The notes below the pieces were generated by a model. It was not told the origin of the DNA and ran no database searches. It saw only the letters and a program-made list of their open reading frames with translations. A stretch of DNA of 62,977 nucleotides, counting the filler, from Octopus bimaculoides (lineage: Eukaryota), in assembly GCF_001194135.2 (NCBI RefSeq). It is 7 parts of 7 records of this genome, joined end to end, with 100 filler letters (N's around TTAATTAATTAA, not from the genome) between each part and the next. Parts side by side here need not be neighbours in the genome. Positions count along the whole stretch, not along the records: positions 25,404 to 57,194 come from NC_068990.1; 6 more parts are not named here. One strand, given 5' to 3'. Positions 27,070 through 39,990 of the stretch are shown one piece after another; within the stretch, counting starts at the first letter, position 1; each line of letters starts with the position of its first letter. The translations under genes were made by a program, and so were the position numbers.

Positions 27070-27500
27070 ATATTCTTTTATTCTTTTACTTGTTTCAATC
27101 ATTTGATTGCAGCCATGCTGGAGCACTGTGTTAACGGATATCAGTCAAAGAAATTGACCCCAGGACTTATTTATTGTAAGCCTAATACTTATTCTATCAG
27201 TCTCTTTTACAAAACCACTAAGTAACAGGGGGCGTAAACACACCAACATTGGTTGTCAAACAATGCTGGCGGGGACAAACACAGACACAAAGACACACAC
27301 ACATAAATATACACATAGATAAATAAATATATGTATATATGTACATGACAGACTTAGTTTCTGTCTACCAAATTCACTCACAAGGCTTTGGTCCCCGAGG
27401 CTATAGCTGGAGACACTTGCCCAAAGTGTCATGCAGTGGGACTGAACCCAGAACCATGTGGTTGAGAAGAATGCTTCTTACATTACAGCCACACCTGTAC
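27070..27500 (-). mobile_element. SINE family A, tail-to-tail with the previous copy
   Basis: Reverse-complement match to family A, starting about 10 nt after the previous copy's tail. Confidence 0.8.
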
Positions 27501-27836
27501 CTATGTATATAGTATTTTCATTTTTGATGCTGTTGATACAGCCAGACTGACTGACATGCCCCAGCAGTAAAAACCAGAGTGATATCTGTTTGGCAGCTGA
27601 TGATGTGAATAAACATTTGCTATACTTGATTGTGAATTTTATATATCTTAATCTTTAATACATCTTAATCTCATTATTCTGATTGTCTTTCATTCTTGTA
27701 AAGCAGAAAATGCTTGTGAATTGATAGTTTGTGAGGATCACTTACATTCATATTGGTTGGCCTTTTTTCATAGGTAATCTTATTAGACTTAGATATCAGT
27801 GTTTAGTTTTGGGAGGTTTTGTGACATAACTCACCA

Positions 27837-27869
<33 letters not shown>

Positions 27870-28170
27870 NNNNNNNNNNNNNNNNNNNNNNNNNNNNNNN
27901 NNNNNNNNNNNNNNNNNNNNNNNNNNNNNNNNNNNNNNNNNNNNNNNNNNNNNNNNNNNNNNNNNNNNNNNNNNNNNNNNNNNNNNNNNNNNNNNNNNNN
28001 NNNNNNNNNNNNNNNNNNNNNNNNNNNNNNNNNNNNNNNNNNNNNNNNNNNNNNNNNNNNNNNNNNNNNNNNNNNNNNNNNNNNNNNNNNNNNNNNNNNN
28101 NNNNNNNNNNNNNNNNNNNNNNNNNNNNNNNNNNNNNNNNNNNNNNNNNNNNNNNNNNNNNNNNNNNNNN

Positions 28171-28400
28171 AGGTATACACGCCAGTCCTTCCACAATGTA
28201 ACCTCGTGGACATCGGTGGCGATTTTTTCTTCTTCCGTTCTTCCCTTCTTTGGACTTTCCCTGTTTCCGACGAAGAGCTCCGCTCGAAACATCATACTCT
28301 CTCTCTCTCTTTCCTTTCCTGAGCGTCTAGTAACAGAATGTGTATCACGTCCTCACGTTGTTGCTTTTTGTTGTTGTTTTTTGTCTTTTTCCTTTTTTTG
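28171..28400 (+). mobile_element. Penelope-like terminal-repeat fragment with hammerhead-like core
   Basis: CCGACGAA-GAGC-TCC-GCTC-GAAAC-ATC at 28267-28293. Confidence 0.55.
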
Positions 28401-31400
28401 AACTTATATATATATGTATGTATATATAGACACAGGCGTGTGTGCATGTGTGCGTGTGTGTGCATGTGTGTGTGTATGTATTTGTACATGCTTGTTTTGG
28501 TTTTTGTCTACCAAATCCATTCACAAGACTTTAGTCGGCCCAAGGCTATAGTAGAAGACACTTGCCCAAGGTGCTATGCAATGGGACTGAATTCAAAACC
28601 ATGTGATTGTGAAACAAACTTCTTTAGCACACATCTAGGCTATGCCTTTAACAATTAATTTTACCGCCTTAAAGAAAGATGGAATGCTTCATGTATCTGA
28701 GTGTCATTGGCTTGAGTAAGTAAGGTGAAGTAGATCAATATAAATAATGTGAAGTGATGGAAGTTGAAGTAATGGACATAAGGGGAGGTAACATAGATAC
28801 AAGTGAGAATATCTGAAATAATCGAGAATTTAGCTATAAAGGAAATATCACTGTTTTACAAGGCAACAGAGGATGGATGTTATTTAAAATTAGATTCACA
28901 GAATTACAGCTTTTTGTAGATCATTTTAGAAAGTACAGGTGTATAGGGCCTTATAGATTGATAGCATTTTTGGCGAGGAAGTTAGTCACACATCAGGGGA
29001 GAGGGTAAACAAAGTGATTTAAATATAAGTTCATAAGTAGTGCACATAGTTGTATACCTTGTTAATCTCAAATACCATGCTGGTGCTTTCACCATGGAAA
29101 TACCTATATTGTCTGTTTAATTTCTTTATCATTATTTTTTCCTTTGTTTTTAATATTTCAAATACCATAAATATAAAACTATATCTATGATTGTGACAGC
29201 AGCAAATAAATTCTGAATATAAACCATAAGGAATATCAATTGTTTTATTATTCTTTATGAAACAGAAAAAAAAAGAAGCTAAAATTAAAATAAATAAATG
29301 AATAAATAAAGAAAGAATAAATAAATGTAAAACCCTCAACTAGAACAAGACATAAATAATAAACAAAATAAATTAATAATGAAAAGAATAAAGTGAAACC
29401 CTGTCCCAGACATAGTCTGGTAGGTTTGCAGTCATAAAGAGACATGCAAACCATAACATAGTCTAACATACAATTGTCAAAATATTTCTTGAAAGAATAT
29501 CTAGGAATATTAGTATTCAGTAACATAGCAGAACACACGCGACTGTAAATACCCTCAAAGCAATTTTAGGAGGAAAGAAAAAATTGAAAAATAAAACAAA
29601 ACCAAAAAAAATTCTAATATAGAAACTTTTTTTTTTAATTCTAGTTTGTGTGACAATAAATTTCAGAGATGAAAACTGGTTGATATATATATATATATTT
29701 TTTATATGTGAAGTTTGGTATATCAATAAATATAACAGAATAAGTAAGAAATCTACCAAGTTATAAATTGGTGTAATCCTTGTTGATAGAATAAACAGCA
29801 ACAACTCATGGAATATGAAGAGATAGCTTTGCACATGCATGCTGCCATTGTGACTAGGCTTGTCATTTTGTCATATAAATTCTCTCTGATCTTCTTCAAT
29901 ATGTTATGTTTATAGCATGTAGTCAGATTTATATTACTCTTCTATATATTTATCAAACTATTTATTTATTTTTACTGATATATTTGTTGATGTTATTACT
30001 GTTTCTGTCATCAATATTGTTATTATTTTCTGTTTTTATTTTATGAGGAATAAAAACCAATATGAAGTGATGAGTCAGAGAAAAATATCTAAACTGATAC
30101 AATGATACAATAAAAGAAGTAAAGCTCTCTGTAACATGAAGAAATTTATATACTTCCATGCAGTTCACATAGATTATATATTTGCCTTCTTTTAACTGAA
30201 CAGATGAAAAAAATTGACATGAAGCTTGTAAAATTTCATAGTAAAATATCTCCAAAGTTAAAGGCACTGAAGGGGAACAATTACGAAACGAAAAGTATAA
30301 CTGGTAATAAATAGTGATATTAGTGTATTTGTAGGAGTCTAATTCAAAATATAACCTATGGAAGGGAACCAATCTTCAAAAGATGAGAAGAACTGCTGAA
30401 ATTGTTGTAAATATTATTTTGTTATTCGTTAAGACTATTGTTTTGTTCTGGAAATTCTGAAATATTGGGAGATAAGAATATATATATTTGAGTCTATTTC
30501 TGATAAGATTATTTACATTTTGGTATGCTTTGAATGTGGCCAACACTATAACCAACATGGAGCAACACAGAATTGGTATTTCTGTGAGAAGATTCATTTT
30601 CAAAGGAATAGTTTATCTGCTCTGCTAAACATACTGCTTTTACTAGTTTTCTAGTGACATGAACAATAAAGTCAACTGCTCTGGGATTTGAACTCAAAAT
30701 ATAAACTAAACACTGACAAGTATTAAGCCCTACTGCCTCTACAACACAACTAGTTTGAGGGGCTGTTTATTGGCAATGGCCCTTTTATTGATCAGAAATC
30801 TATCTCAAATCTTTTTCTATCTTGTCTTTTATTTGTTTTAGTCATTAGACTCTGGTCATGTTTGAAGAATTTTTAGTCGATCGAATCAACACCAATACTT
30901 TTTTAAAGCCTGGTGTTTATTCTATTGGTCTCTTTTGCCAAACTGTTAAGTTACAGAGATATAAACACACCAAAACCACTGCAACCACCACCACTACTAT
31001 CATTATTATCATTATTTCATGTCTGCCTTCCATGTTGGAATGGATTGAACGGTCCCACAGGATCCACTAAATTTTAAAAAACCATGTCTTCACTTTAGGC
31101 ACAGTTTCATTGGCTGAATGGCCTTTCTAAAGCCAACCACTATATAGTGTGGGATGGGTGCTTTTTTTTTTTCATGACACCAGCACTAGTAAGGTTGTGT
31201 TGTAACTCACAAGAGTAAAGACTCTCTTTATTCTTGAGTATTAACATTGAGCAAAATCCAACATCTTGCAAGAATGGCCACAATGGGATCAGCATAACAA
31301 GACAGCAAGCTTTAACTTGTGAGAAAAGGGAGCAGGTCCATTTAAGGAATAGTACTATAGGTATTATCAATAGGGTGGGTGTGTTGTTTTCAAAAATTGT

Positions 31401-32199
31401 GAAGGGGCATGGCTTAGTGGTTAGGGTACTGCAGTCACAGTTGATAAATCATGAGGCTGATTCCTGGACCAGGTGGCATGTGTTCTTTTACAAAACATTT
31501 CATTTCATGTTATTCCAGTCCACTAAGCTGCAAATGGATAACCATGGGACGGAACAGCCTTCCAATCAAAGGGAATGTTGAGCTGCTCACCTAGCCAGCA
31601 GGATGACATCATTTGAAAGCTAAAAGAAGTACATTGTGGCCAGTGATGCATAACAACAGTTGGTAGATATTGTGATGCCATGACAATAGGTATTGGGGTG
31701 TACATATGGTTGGGGATTGTAAAGAGTAAAACCTGGGCTGATTTGCTTCTAATGTAAGCAGGCAGGTCATAACAACAAGCTACTATAGGCAGAGTTTTCA
31801 TATTGGCAACCCCTCCTTCAACCAAGGAGAGGTGCTCCTGCATTTGTTATGATGGTGCAAGTCGCAATATATAGAAGAGAGAAAGCGTCTTCAGTAATGT
31901 GGGTTGTAAAACCACTTTAAAAACTCAACTGGAGTGAGATGAGCAGTTTGTGTAGAGCATTGTTAGACATGGAATGCAAATCAAGGTTCAGGAAATTGGA
32001 ATTAACTACAAAGTTCATGGTGTTGATATCGTTGCTATCATCATCATCTTCATCATCAATTAACATCCCTTTTCTTTGCTGACACAAACTGGACAGTTTG
32101 ACAGGTGCTGGCAAGCTGGAGAGCTGCACCAGGCTCCAATTGGCAAGATTTCCGCAGCTGGATGCTGTTGCTGATGTCAACCACTTTACAGAGACTATT

Positions 32200-32360
32200 G
32201 GGTGCTTTTTACATGGCACCAGCACTGGTGATTTGTTTTTTATGTGGTACCGGCAAGGGTGCTTTTCATGTGGCACCAGCAAGGGTGCTTTTCATGTGGC
32301 ACCAGCAAGGGTGCTTTTCATGGGGCTCCAGCATGAGTGCTTTTTAGATGGCACTAGCAT
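32200..32360 (-). repeat. 26-bp minisatellite (aagggtgcttttcatgtggcaccagc) inside repeat family C
   Basis: Units start at 32255, 32281 and 32307, with diverged flanking units. Confidence 0.85.
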
Positions 32361-33249
32361 GGAATATGGATATATATTTGATCTGAGTTGACCTGGAAAG
32401 GATTTGAACTCAAAATGTAAACAGATATAGTTCAACAAAATCTTTTTCCCACACTTTACTGAGTTTGATGATCCAGTACCTTTTAAGATATAATACATAA
32501 TGCTTCAATTGCTTGTCATATTTGCCCAGAATCCAGTCTAATCTTCTCTCTATCATTCCAATACTAGTATATGCACTAAGAAAGCAATATCCATCCATCC
32601 ATCTATCTCTCTGTCTATCATATCCGTCTATCTTATTTACCTATTTATCTCTCTATAAATATCTATCTATCTAAATAGCAATATATCATCCTCATCATCA
32701 TCAGCAGCAGCAGCATTATATCCATCTTCCATGCTGGTATGTGTTACACAGTTTGAAAGGATCCAGTAAGCTGGAGGACTGTATCAAACTTCAGTGTCTT
32801 CTTTGACATGTTTTCTTATACAGAATGCCCTTCCTAACACCAACCACTTTACAAAGTGTAATAGTGAGATCCCTTCACTGGCACTAGTGAGATTATCAAG
32901 TAACTTACAAGACAAAGAAAAGGGAAGAAATCCACCAAACTGAATGTGGTTGCAACAGATGGGGAGCTGTTCTTATGCCAAGTGTCAAGAGGCTAAAATG
33001 TGATAGAGGGAAAAGCATGGAAGAGATACATGGCTATCCTGCAATATGAAAGAGTGAGTGGGAATATTTGGAAAGAAAATAAAGATGTCAGTAACAAATT
33101 ATCAGAGCACACTCTCAAAGTACAAGACAAAGGGTATAAGAAGGAATATAGGCCAAGGTGTGTAGATTAGGGTAGAAGTTCATAAGAGTGTAAGTGGCTG
33201 AGAACTGAGCCTGAGCCTTGATAAACTCCTACCTATATTCTATGTGGTG

Positions 33250-33860
33250 TTTGTGGTCTCATGGGCAGTGATGAGCTATGTGGTGTTGGTGGAGAGGATT
33301 GCAGATGAGGCAAACGGAAGTGAAGACTGCAGGGGCCAGCGGAAGAGCAACAGGGGCATGCGTGGACAGAGAACACATGCGGGCAGTTCGATGAGAGACG
33401 GCACATGTGAAAGGTCGTGTTTTTATCTGGTCAGTGATCGCTGATCCCGCCACGGTCAACAGGTAAAGTCTCTGTATTTCTTTCTCCTTTTTGCTTCTTT
33501 TTCTGTTGTATTTTTCCTCCATCATGCTACACTCTATATACTTTGTTCTATTCATTGCTGATTCTTACTTTACTCACAGAATCCTTCTACATAGCTAGTA
33601 TGGATCTCTCAACCTGTTTATCAACCCTTAGCTCCCTCTGAGACCGCCCAATCACAGAGCAAAGGACCCTGTCAAAAGCTTTCTTCAGGATGACAGATGT
33701 CAAGTACAATGACTTACTTTCAACAAGATACTTCTCTTGCAGTTGTCTTACAAGAAAGTGGGCTTCAGTAATACTTGTCCCTGGCACAAAACCAGCCATA
33801 TCCAGCCAAAACTGTCTACCTGTTTTTATGCTCAAAATAGCTAGATCTGGCCTGTTACAC
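33250..33860 (-). mobile_element. RTE-clade LINE reverse transcriptase remnant
   Basis: AGFVPGTSITEAHFLVRQLQEKYLVESKSLYLTSVILKKAFDRV is a degenerate QxGF...IFxVRQLQEK...FVDLEKAFDRV RT motif. Confidence 0.85.
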
Positions 33861-34038
33861 CTACCCTATAATGCCTGTTGCAGCTACCCTAAAAATAAAC
33901 AATCACATCATAAAAATCCTGAGGCAATGAGATAAGACATGATTAATTCAAAATGAAATGAAAAAAATAAGCATTATATTTGACAGAATAATCTCAATGC
34001 TAAAACTAATTCTCTTCCTAATTAATTGGGATATATGA

Positions 34039-34069
<31 letters not shown>

Positions 34070-36364
34070 TAGTTGCACATGTATGTGTTAGCTGTATTTA
34101 GGATTCTGCTGTTGTATAAAAGTATAACTATAATATATAATCTTTGATAAACAAACAAATAGTTCCTGTACTATTGCTATATTGATTCTCTGAGAACCAA
34201 CAAAATAAAAAAAAAACAATCAAAAGTAAAACTCAAATGTGGCTAGGCAGGGAAATTCAATTAAATGGGAAGAGAAGATAGCTTAGTTTTTTTTCTTTTT
34301 TTTTTTTTGTAATTTTTTCTTTTTTTTTTTGTAATTTTTTCTTTTTTGTATTTCACTTTGTTATTGAAAAAAATTTATTAATATCAGCTAATATCATGGT
34401 CAATGAAGTTAGATAAAGTTTTGTTGGGAAGGGAACGCAATGTGCCATGAGCATACAGCCAAAGAGTGGGGACTGTGGAATTGGTTGGAGTGAGCTTTGG
34501 AGAAGGAGATGTGTCTTTTGAAGGTTACAATCAAGAATTTCCCTGTAGTTTCACAGCAACCAAATGGACTGTCAGATGGTTCTGGGAGAGAAAGCTCCAA
34601 GTGTTAAATAATAAGGTGAGCTACTCTGGGTGGTTTTTAGGTGAGAAAATGGAGGTCAGCAAGAGTAACAAATGATAATTTCTATCATATTTAGTGCTTC
34701 TGTAGGCTTGAGTTCAATTCCTGGACAGGGCTGTATGTTGTGTTCTTGAGCAAGACACTTTATTTCCTGTTACTCCAGTTCACTCAGCTGTAGAAATGAG
34801 TTGTGATGTCACTGGTGTCAAGCTATATCGGCCTTTGCCTTTCCCTTGGATAACATTATTGGCATGGAGAGGGGAGGCTGGTATGCATGGACGACTACTT
34901 GTCCAGACTTGTGCCTTAGAAGGTAACTTTCTATGTGCAATCCCATGGTCATTCATGACTGAAGGGGCTCTTTAGGCTTATCAGCTCATTGGAGTAGGAA
35001 GTTTTTAGTAGATGAGAAGAGGAGAAGCCCGACATCGTAACTATACAAGGGTTGCAGAGGGAGCATTGCCCACCTAGGTGAACAAATGACAGTAAAATCG
35101 CATGAGCTGAAGGTGGTTAGTCTGGAAATTTTGGCAGTAACATTGGTCTTGGTGAATAAGCAGCTTGATATGAAACGGTGGGGTTAGGTTGTATTTTTCA
35201 GCCTTACATGGTTATTCAGAAAAATAGGTGTTTCTATCTTTTATTTATATACTAGTGGGACCTGTGGAAATTCAACAGAACAAAAAAGATTCAGAGAAGC
35301 CATTTAAGAAATAAAGGATTATTTTTATTTTTATTTTGCAAAGTTATTTCACTTTTAGTCACAATAGTATATTACATGATTTTAAAATATCCCCTTGCTA
35401 AGCACTTTATATTTCTCTCTTTCTCTCTACCTTTTCAACAAACATTTTAACCATGTAATTCCCTTTTTCATGTCTTTAACATTTCTCATTTTCTCTACAA
35501 CCTTTCCCTCCTGACCCTACAGTACATCATTAACACTACTCTCTCCTACTTTTTTCTCACCATCTTTTTCTTTTGCTCTTCGCCTCTCCCTTCAACCAAC
35601 TATGTGATGCACTTGGCCTTAGTGTACTATTATACTCCTCTCTTCTTTCTTCTCTACTCACATTTCTCCCTCCCTCTCTCTCTCACTTTTACTCCACCTT
35701 TCACTCACTCCATCTTCACCTCTCTAACTAACTAAAGTATAACGGGCAAGCGAACAACCAGATTATTATATAGATTTATTTATTTATTGTTTATTGTTGT
35801 TAGCTTCCTATCATATGAAGTGATCTTTAGATCAGGAAGACACATAATGGGATGGAAAGAGACAGAATTCAGATTTGAAAAGGAGAGACAAAAACAAGAG
35901 AAGTGACAACAGAAGAACTAGACACTATATCCACATTTGAAGAGATAAAGTTTGTTCATGTTTATTCTGGCAGCCATCATAATTGTAGAATGTCTCAAGT
36001 TGGAGTTAAGAAAGATGAAAATTTTTTTTTTTATCACATCATAGAACTCCTGGAAGCAAACAGCAGTAACTACTATGTTTTTAATGTTCAGTTTATGCCA
36101 TATCTGTGCTCTATTTAATTCTTTTGTTGCCATATTCCTGTTGAAATATGCTGCCTTTGTGTCTATTAACTTTGAAAATAACAAATTATTCAGTCAAATA
36201 ATTTTGTCATTATTAAGCTGGTGACTGGTACACAAGAAATTTTGAGAGAAAGTTTATATTGAAATCACTTTAAAAAGGAGGCTTGTATCATAGAACCAAA
36301 GGTGGTCTTAAGTACATTAATATCAATAGTATTAAAAAAAAAATTGGAGTTAAAACTCTATATG

Positions 36365-36765
36365 CACAGGCATGGTTGTGTGGTAAGAAGCTTGCTTCCT
36401 AACTACATGGAACCAGGTTCAGTCCCACTGCATGGCACCTTGGGCAAGTGTTTACTATAGCCTATACCAACCAAAGCCTTGTGAGTAGATTTGGTTGACG
36501 GACACTGAAAGAAGCCCAGCATGTATATACATGTGTGTGTGTGTCTTTGTCTCTGTGTTTGTCCCCCACCACTACTTGACAACTGATGTTCATTTGTTTA
36601 CATCCCCGTAACTTAGCAGTTTGGCAAAAGGAGAGCAATAGAATAAATAATAGCCTTAAAAAATGAAAAAGTACTGGGATCACTATTTGACTAAAAGTTC
36701 TTCAAGGCAGTGCACCAGCATGGCCACAGTATAATAACTGAAACAAGGGAATGATAAAAAATAAA
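36365..36765 (+). mobile_element. SINE family A, diverged
   Basis: Head gcacaggcatggttgtgtggtaagaag plus body. Confidence 0.8.
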
Positions 36766-36968
36766 GCCACAAAACTTAGGGTCTTTCAGTGTTTAAGAGA
36801 AAATTATATTTTTGTATGTTACCTCTATTGCATCCCAACAATGAAGTAATACTCATCTCATCGACCTCATAGCATATAGCAGGTACCTAAAACATGATAC
36901 ACAATATCACTAGTTATTATGCCATAACCTGCATTGCTTGTGTTACTACCATTCATAATATCCGTATA

Positions 36969-37187
36969 CAGTAACCCCTCGCCATATTGTGGTGCACCTA
37001 TTGCGGTTTATTATTTAAGCTTACATCGATTCCTCTGTGGTGGTGTTTTGCCTTTATAATAAAATAAATATATACAAATTATAAAAATGAAAAAAGAATA
37101 CAGTACAGTACTGTTTCTACATTGTGGATTTTCACCTATCACGGGGTGTTTTGGAAAGTAACACCTGCAATAGTCAAGGGATTACTG
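36969..37187. mobile_element. Tigger/pogo-type MITE with TA target duplications
   Basis: TA|CAGTAACCCCTCGCCATATTG ... GCAATAGTCAAGGGATTACTG|TA; imperfect ~20-bp TIRs starting CAGT; 219 bp. Confidence 0.8.
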
Positions 37188-37789
37188 TAAAGGTAAAGAT
37201 AAAGTTACCTTCTTGAGTCACATCAAGTCATAAGGGTCCGTTTTCAGGTTTCATGGTGTGTATATTCCCCTCCTGGACAGGACTCTGGTCCACCGCATGA
37301 TGACTCATTCTTGCCAGCTGAGTGGATTGAAGCAACATGAAGGTCCAGGAATCGAAACCACAATCTTACAGTCATGAGTTCAACACCGTAACCACTAAGC
37401 CACATGTCTCCACTAACATCCATATCGATTTATAACAATTACAGCTTGCACCACAGTCATAAAATGAACAATATACTATAAAGTGAACAATACTCAGATT
37501 TGCTTACTGAGATTCTTAGGTAAGTTCTGCTATCATTGAGTTGTTTTTTGGCCTATGTTAACTCAAATGAAGTAGATTTATGATCAAAGGCTTTCCAGTT
37601 ATAATCAACCCCCTTTTTTTCCCCTGAGTACAGTGCACATTCAAGCATATTGCTCAATATATCTATTTATGAGATGTTGTGGTATAATTTGAAGAAAACT
37701 CATTCTAGCAGGTTGAGTGATTGTGTTGAGGCCCACCCTTGCTTCATTTATATTTAGTGTTGGCAGCAAGGATGGTGACTGAGGTGAAA

Positions 37790-38255
37790 GTACCTTTACT
37801 TTTTTGCCTTTTACTTGTTACAGTCATTAGACTGTGGTCATGCAGGGGCACCACCTTAAAAGGGTTTTTAGCGGAACAAATCAACCCCAGTACTTATTTT
37901 CTTTTTAAGCCTGGTATTTATTCCATCAGTCTCTTTTGCCAAACCACTAAGTTACAGGGATGTAAACACACCAACACCGGTTGTCAAGCAGCTGCAGGGG
38001 ACAAACACACACACATGTGATGTGCTTCTTTCAGTTTCTTATTTCTTTATTGCCCACAAGGGGCTAAACATAGAGGGGACAAACAAGGACAGACAAAGGG
38101 ATTAAGTCGATTACATCGAACCCAGTGCATAACTGGTACTTAATTTATTGACCCCGAAAGGATGAAAGGCAAAGTCGACCTTGGCGGAATTTGAACTCAG
38201 AACGTAACGGCAGACGAAATACGGCTAACCAAATCCACTCACGAGGCTTTGGTTG
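37790..38255 (-). mobile_element. SINE family A interrupted by a SINE family B copy (38033-38226)
   Basis: Family A sequence tttcagtttc...accaaatccactcac is split by about 195 nt of family B. Confidence 0.75.
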
Positions 38256-38452
38256 TAGTGGGAATAAAAAAAGATAGAAAACGTTTGCAAAACTGAGTTC
38301 ACTGCTTCTCATAGAGGGAAGACGGAAGTGCTATACAAAGCTTCAGGCTATATTACATGCTTGTAGAGAAAATAGATGTGGACCAGGTGAGATAAGCTGA
38401 CTATGGTCTATTGAATGTATAATATAAACTGTACCCCAAAATGTACATATGT

Positions 38453-38825
38453 GCAGGCATGGTTGTGTGGTAAGAAGCTTGCTTCCCAACCACATGGTTC
38501 TGGGTTCAGTCCCACTGCATAGCACCTTGGGTCAGTGTCTTGTACTATAGCTGACCAAAGCCTTGTGAGTGGATTTGGTAGATGGAAACTAAAAGATGTC
38601 CATCATATGTGTGTGTGTGTATCTATGTGTTTGTCCCCCACCACTGCTTGACAACTGGTGCTGGTTTGCTTATGTCCTCATAATGTAGCAGTTCAGCAAA
38701 ATAGACTGATAGAATAAAAATATGTCCTCGGGTTGATTTGTTCAACTAAATCCCTTCAAGGCAGTGCCCCAGCATGGTCACAGTCTAATGATTGAAACAA
38801 GTAAAAAATAAAAGATAAAAGATAC
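38453..38825 (+). mobile_element. SINE family A, diverged
   Basis: Head, body and tail match family A. Confidence 0.8.
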
Positions 38826-39192
38826 GTGGAATTATAAAATCATTTCATAGTCGTTCAGTCAGCTTGCAATCTGCTGAGGTTGGTCTCGTTAGCTTCTTGT
38901 TGAACATCACTAATGTTATTGTCCAATAAGCTGACAATACTATGGCAATCCAGAATAAAGGAATAAAAACTTGTTACCCTTTCCTTACTTCATTGAGATG
39001 TACAGTGTGGATCAGTGTGTTTCTTGGATAGATGCAGGTGCTTCTATTTCCATAATGTTGATAGGTACTGTACTCTGTTTTCTCCATGCATCCTTGAACA
39101 CTGCTCTCTACAGGACCAACAGTTAGTAAGAAACATGTTGAGAAAGTGGTTGGTATTGAGAGGTATTAGTTAATGTGTGTGAGAGAGAATTA

Positions 39193-39595
39193 TAGGCGTG
39201 GCTGTGTGATAAGAAGCTTGCTTCCAAACCACATGGTTCTGGGTTCAATCCCACTCTATGGCACCTTGGACAGGACGTTTTCTATTATATGTAGTCTTAG
39301 GCCAACCAAAGCCTTGTGAGTGGATTTGGTAGACAGAAATGGAAAGAAGCTCATCGTGTTTGCGTGTGCATATGCATCTTTGTGTCTGTGTTTGTCCCCC
39401 ACCAATGCCTGACAAGCAGTGTTGGTGTGTTTATGTCCTCATAATTTAGCAGTTCAGCAAAAGAGAGTGATAATATAAGTACCAGGCTTTAAAAAAGTAC
39501 TGGCTCAATTCATTCAACTAAAAATTCTTCAAGGTGGTGCCCTAGCATAGCCGTATTCTAATGACTGAAACAAGTAAATAGAAAAGGTAAAAGAA
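39193..39595 (+). mobile_element. SINE family A, diverged
   Basis: Head ggcgtggctgtgtgataagaag, body and tail. Confidence 0.8.
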
Positions 39596-39880
39596 AAGAT
39601 GATGTACTGAATGTCATGTGCAGAAAAAAAATTCTCAATTAATTTTGATTTAAAATGCACTGGTTTTGACCTGTAATGTGAAACTTTGGTGACTACTGAG
39701 TGAAAATCTATGATGAGCTAGTATTTGGTGTACCTATGGTTTGAAGTAAAGAAACCATGGGGAGATAAAGAGGATAAATCTAAAAACATTTGATCTTACA
39801 GGACAAGGTGATGCAGAATAGAGATGAGAGTGGAAGTATACTACATTACAGAATCTTCCATGGCATGAAATATTGACTGG

Positions 39881-39990
39881 AGGAAGAAGAAGAAGAAGAA
39901 GAAGAAGAAGAAGAAGAAGAAGAAGAAGAAGAAGAAGAAGAAGAAGAAGAAGAAGAAGAAGAAGAAGAAGAAGAAGAAGAAGAAGAAGGA
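39881..39990 (+). repeat. (GAA)n microsatellite, >30 units
   Basis: Direct reading. Confidence 0.95.

Noticed and set aside
30204-30314. Plus-strand exon MKKIDMKLVKFHSK... as the CFAP100 terminal exon
   Set aside because: It has a good acceptor but no family similarity, and it lies in a different scaffold block.
29962-30603. Two in-frame minus-strand ORFs separated by one TGA (readthrough or selenoprotein)
   Set aside because: The composition is low-complexity and AT-rich (F/Y/I/N/K), no domain is recognisable, and I saw no SECIS.
32200-32360. 26-bp repeats as a CRISPR array
   Set aside because: They are head-to-tail with no spacers and lie inside a dispersed eukaryotic repeat.
34450-34615. 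Plus-strand exon ending AAG|gtgagc
   Set aside because: It has a strong donor but no polypyrimidine acceptor, and the peptide is unrecognisable.
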